From the NCBI GenBank assembly GCA_965243135.1, contig OZ251539.1, positions 2,272,001-2,336,000 of the forward strand: a stretch of 64,000 bases of DNA, given 5' to 3'. The position numbers were made by a program, and so were the translations under genes. This DNA comes from Alphaproteobacteria bacterium (GTDB lineage Bacteria; Pseudomonadota; Alphaproteobacteria; MPNO01; UBA830). How positions within the stretch are numbered: position 1 is the first letter of the stretch; the number at the start of each line of letters is the position of its first letter. The notes under the pieces were generated by a model. The model was not told the origin of the DNA and did not search any database. It was given only the letters and a program-made list of their open reading frames with translations. Positions 61,727 to 64,000 of the stretch are shown here, piece by piece.

Positions 61727-63407
61727 GGGTGTACGTCAATTTCTTGAGATTTGCATTGACGCCAAGGAGGGCCTACATTTTCTGTATGTGCTAATAACAT
61801 ACAGGATGCGCCATGTCCACGTCCCAAGACTTGGAAACCCTTCTGCAACATCGCGCCGACGTTCTCCGTCAGTTGTCCGAAATCGGAGATCTTCGCCAAG
61901 GATCCCTCACCACCCAATACCGCAAGCAAACCCGGTTGCCATTGCGCAAAGGGACCGGGGCATGGGCCGTACCTTCAACTGACTCGAAAGGTGAATGGCA
62001 AGACGCGATGCAGGTCCATTCCGGCCGCTGGGGAAGATCAGACCCGCGTGCAGATCGAGGAGTACAAGCGGCTCCGTAAACTGGTCCAGCAATTGGTAAG
62101 CGACCAGATATGTGACGCGCGATTGGACCGTTCTCGCGGCGACGAAGTAAAAAAAAAGCCTTCGAGGCTGTCGTCGCGGCGGAAGCATCGTCCGAGATAA
62201 ACCGCCTGGTCGGGGACGGTGTGACGGACGACATGGAGGCTGTCGAAACCGCGGCGAAGCAGGCGGAGATCGGCGCCCGTGCCGTTGCCAAGCGGTTCAA
62301 CCGTTCCGACCACGTTGGACCTTCAATCGCATGCGCGTCGTGTGGAGGAGAGGCCCACTACATGGGCCGGCGACCGAAAACCTTCACAACGGCGTTGGGC
62401 GAAGTTCGACCGGGCTTACTACCGCTGCAACGCTTACAACACCGGGATCTGCCCGCGGGACCGGGCGCTCGGGATGAACAAAACCTCGCTTTCCCCCGCT
62501 GCCACGCGCATGGTCGGGTTCGCGGCCTCGCAGCTTCACAATGGCCAGTGGCATAATGAAGGAGTTGGCAGGGCTGAAGATCGACCCCAAGATGGTCGAA
62601 CGTGCCGCCGAGGCTCTCGGCACCGAGATTGCAGAGGATGAACGCCAGAGGGTCGAGGTCGAACCGCCGTCCGGACCGACCATGTATGTCGGCAAGGACG
62701 GTACCGGGGTGCCGGCTCGCCCGCGAGAAGGCCGTCCAGGCAAGCAACCGGACGGTTCTTCCAAGACCCGCGAGGCCAAACTCGTCACCGTGTGGACGGC
62801 CGAAAAACAAAGCGAAGGGACGCCCGCGCAGGGTTCGGCTCCGTCGGCATCGAGAGCGCCGCAACCACCGACAAGGAACTGTCGCCTTTCGCTCAACGGG
62901 TCGAGCGCGAAGCGCGCCGTCGCGGCTTCTACGACGCCGAGCGACGCGTGGTCCTGGGAGATGGAGCGCTCTGGGAACATCGCCGACGAACTGTTCCCCG
63001 ACGCCACCCAGATCATTGACCTGTTCCATGCGAAACAACATCTGTGGAGCAGGGCGAAGGAAATCTACGGTGACGGAGATCTTGCGAAGGCATGGGCGAA
63101 AAAGCAGTGCGACGCCCTTGAAGACGGTCAGGTCGACAAGGTCATCGCGGCTCTCCGCCAGCACGGCGCTGCAAGCTACCTGGAACGGAACCGCACGCGC
63201 ATGCAGTATGCAAAGTTCCGTGCGCAGGGTTTGTGCGTATCCTCCGGCGTCGTCGAGGCCGGTTGCAAAAGAACGGTCGGCAACCGTCTGAAACGGGGGC
63301 GGTGGACCGTTCGGGGCGCGGACGCCGCACTCCGGTGCTGCATGCTCAGCGGGCGCTTCGAGGATTTCTGGGAACGGCGGGCGGCATAACAAATTTGACG
63401 TACACCC
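61727..63407 (+). mobile_element. ISKra4-family insertion sequence, degenerate
   Basis: TIRs GGGTGTACGTCAA / TTGACGTACACCC; 9-bp TSD CCTGTCGAG at 61718-61726 and 63408-63416. Confidence 0.88.
61813..63389 (+). pseudogene. ISKra4 accessory ORF (DUF6788-like) plus transposase, multiply frameshifted
   Basis: IGDLRQGSL; DGTGVP, KTREAKL, VVLGDGA, IIDLFHA, SGVVEAGCK..VG.RLK...WT; A-run at ~62150 typical of a frameshift site. Confidence 0.85.
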
Positions 63408-63592
63408 CCTGTCGAGCGTTCGCGCCATGCCGTCCTTGTCGGCTTGCCGCCCGCTCGGAATTCCACGGTTCGTTACGCCCGCCTGCCGGACGGTCCGCAA
63501 GGCTACCGAACGCCCTCGCCGAGACCGAGGCAAGCAGAAACGCCGTCTGGCCCCGCGAGCTGAGCGGCAGCAACCGACGGCAGGGCCGATGG

Positions 63593-64000
63593 TCACCGTG
63601 AACCCAGCGCCAAATCCGCAACCCAAAATTCTCCGCAACGATGGACAGCCCGCGACCGAAAGGACCGCCGTCTCGCCTCGTCGCGCCGTACATCGCCGAA
63701 GACAACCCGGTCAGAGACGCGGTCCAAGCACTTCTCGGCAGACTCCAGGCACACATGGTGCATCCTGCGGCCGGCAAGCTGCGCTGCGAGACGGATCACG
63801 GACCCACCAGCGAGAGTGCTTTCCACCACCACGTTCTCGCCCCCGGCGGCGCGACGCTCACGAATCGCCGCGCGACCTGCCCGGCGAGCGGCCGCGCCTG
63901 GATTACCGGGCGAAACGCGCTGTCTCGTTCGGGTCAACGACGCGCAAGCCGCTGAAACGGCCGGACCGCGATAATGAAGATTTGCCGGAACCGTTCGGAC
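63593..64000 (-). pseudogene. Zeta-toxin-like / AAA_33 P-loop ATPase remnant, 5' truncated by window edge
   Basis: (G)PNGSGKSS Walker A at the window end; AARRAGRAAI, VVESTLAG, VCLESAEKCLDRVSDRV..G, with deletions. Confidence 0.65.

Overview
GC-rich bacterial chromosome segment. It looks alphaproteobacterial from hpnDE, YciB/IspZ, an Nfu-type protein and several CoxL-like molybdoenzymes (inference). The backbone is catabolic and housekeeping: three xanthine-dehydrogenase/CoxL-like large subunits (one in a complete M-S-L operon), UbiD, crotonase, OYE, HpaB-like monooxygenase with MarR, Rieske oxygenase, thiolase, RND pump, hpnDE and tRNA-Thr(TGT). It is interrupted by defence, toxin-antitoxin and mobile DNA. 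Notable items: (1) a HigBA module whose antitoxin is fused to a uracil-DNA-glycosylase-superfamily-like domain; (2) an IS66-type element carrying TnpC plus a translationally coupled DUF4338/DruA-like gene, with three TIRs, an 8-bp TSD, a decayed sister copy and a 59-bp MITE with its own 8-bp TSD; (3) an MNT-HEPN pair followed by an eroded CARF gene; (4) three copies of an AAA-ATPase/PD-(D/E)XK gene, two sharing a leaderless promoter; (5) the start of a DUF499 restriction-like operon; (6) an unexplained triple AT-rich repeat; (7) a decaying peptide ABC transporter island and several pseudogenes eroded by small deletions. All calls come from motif recognition by eye; no database searches were run.
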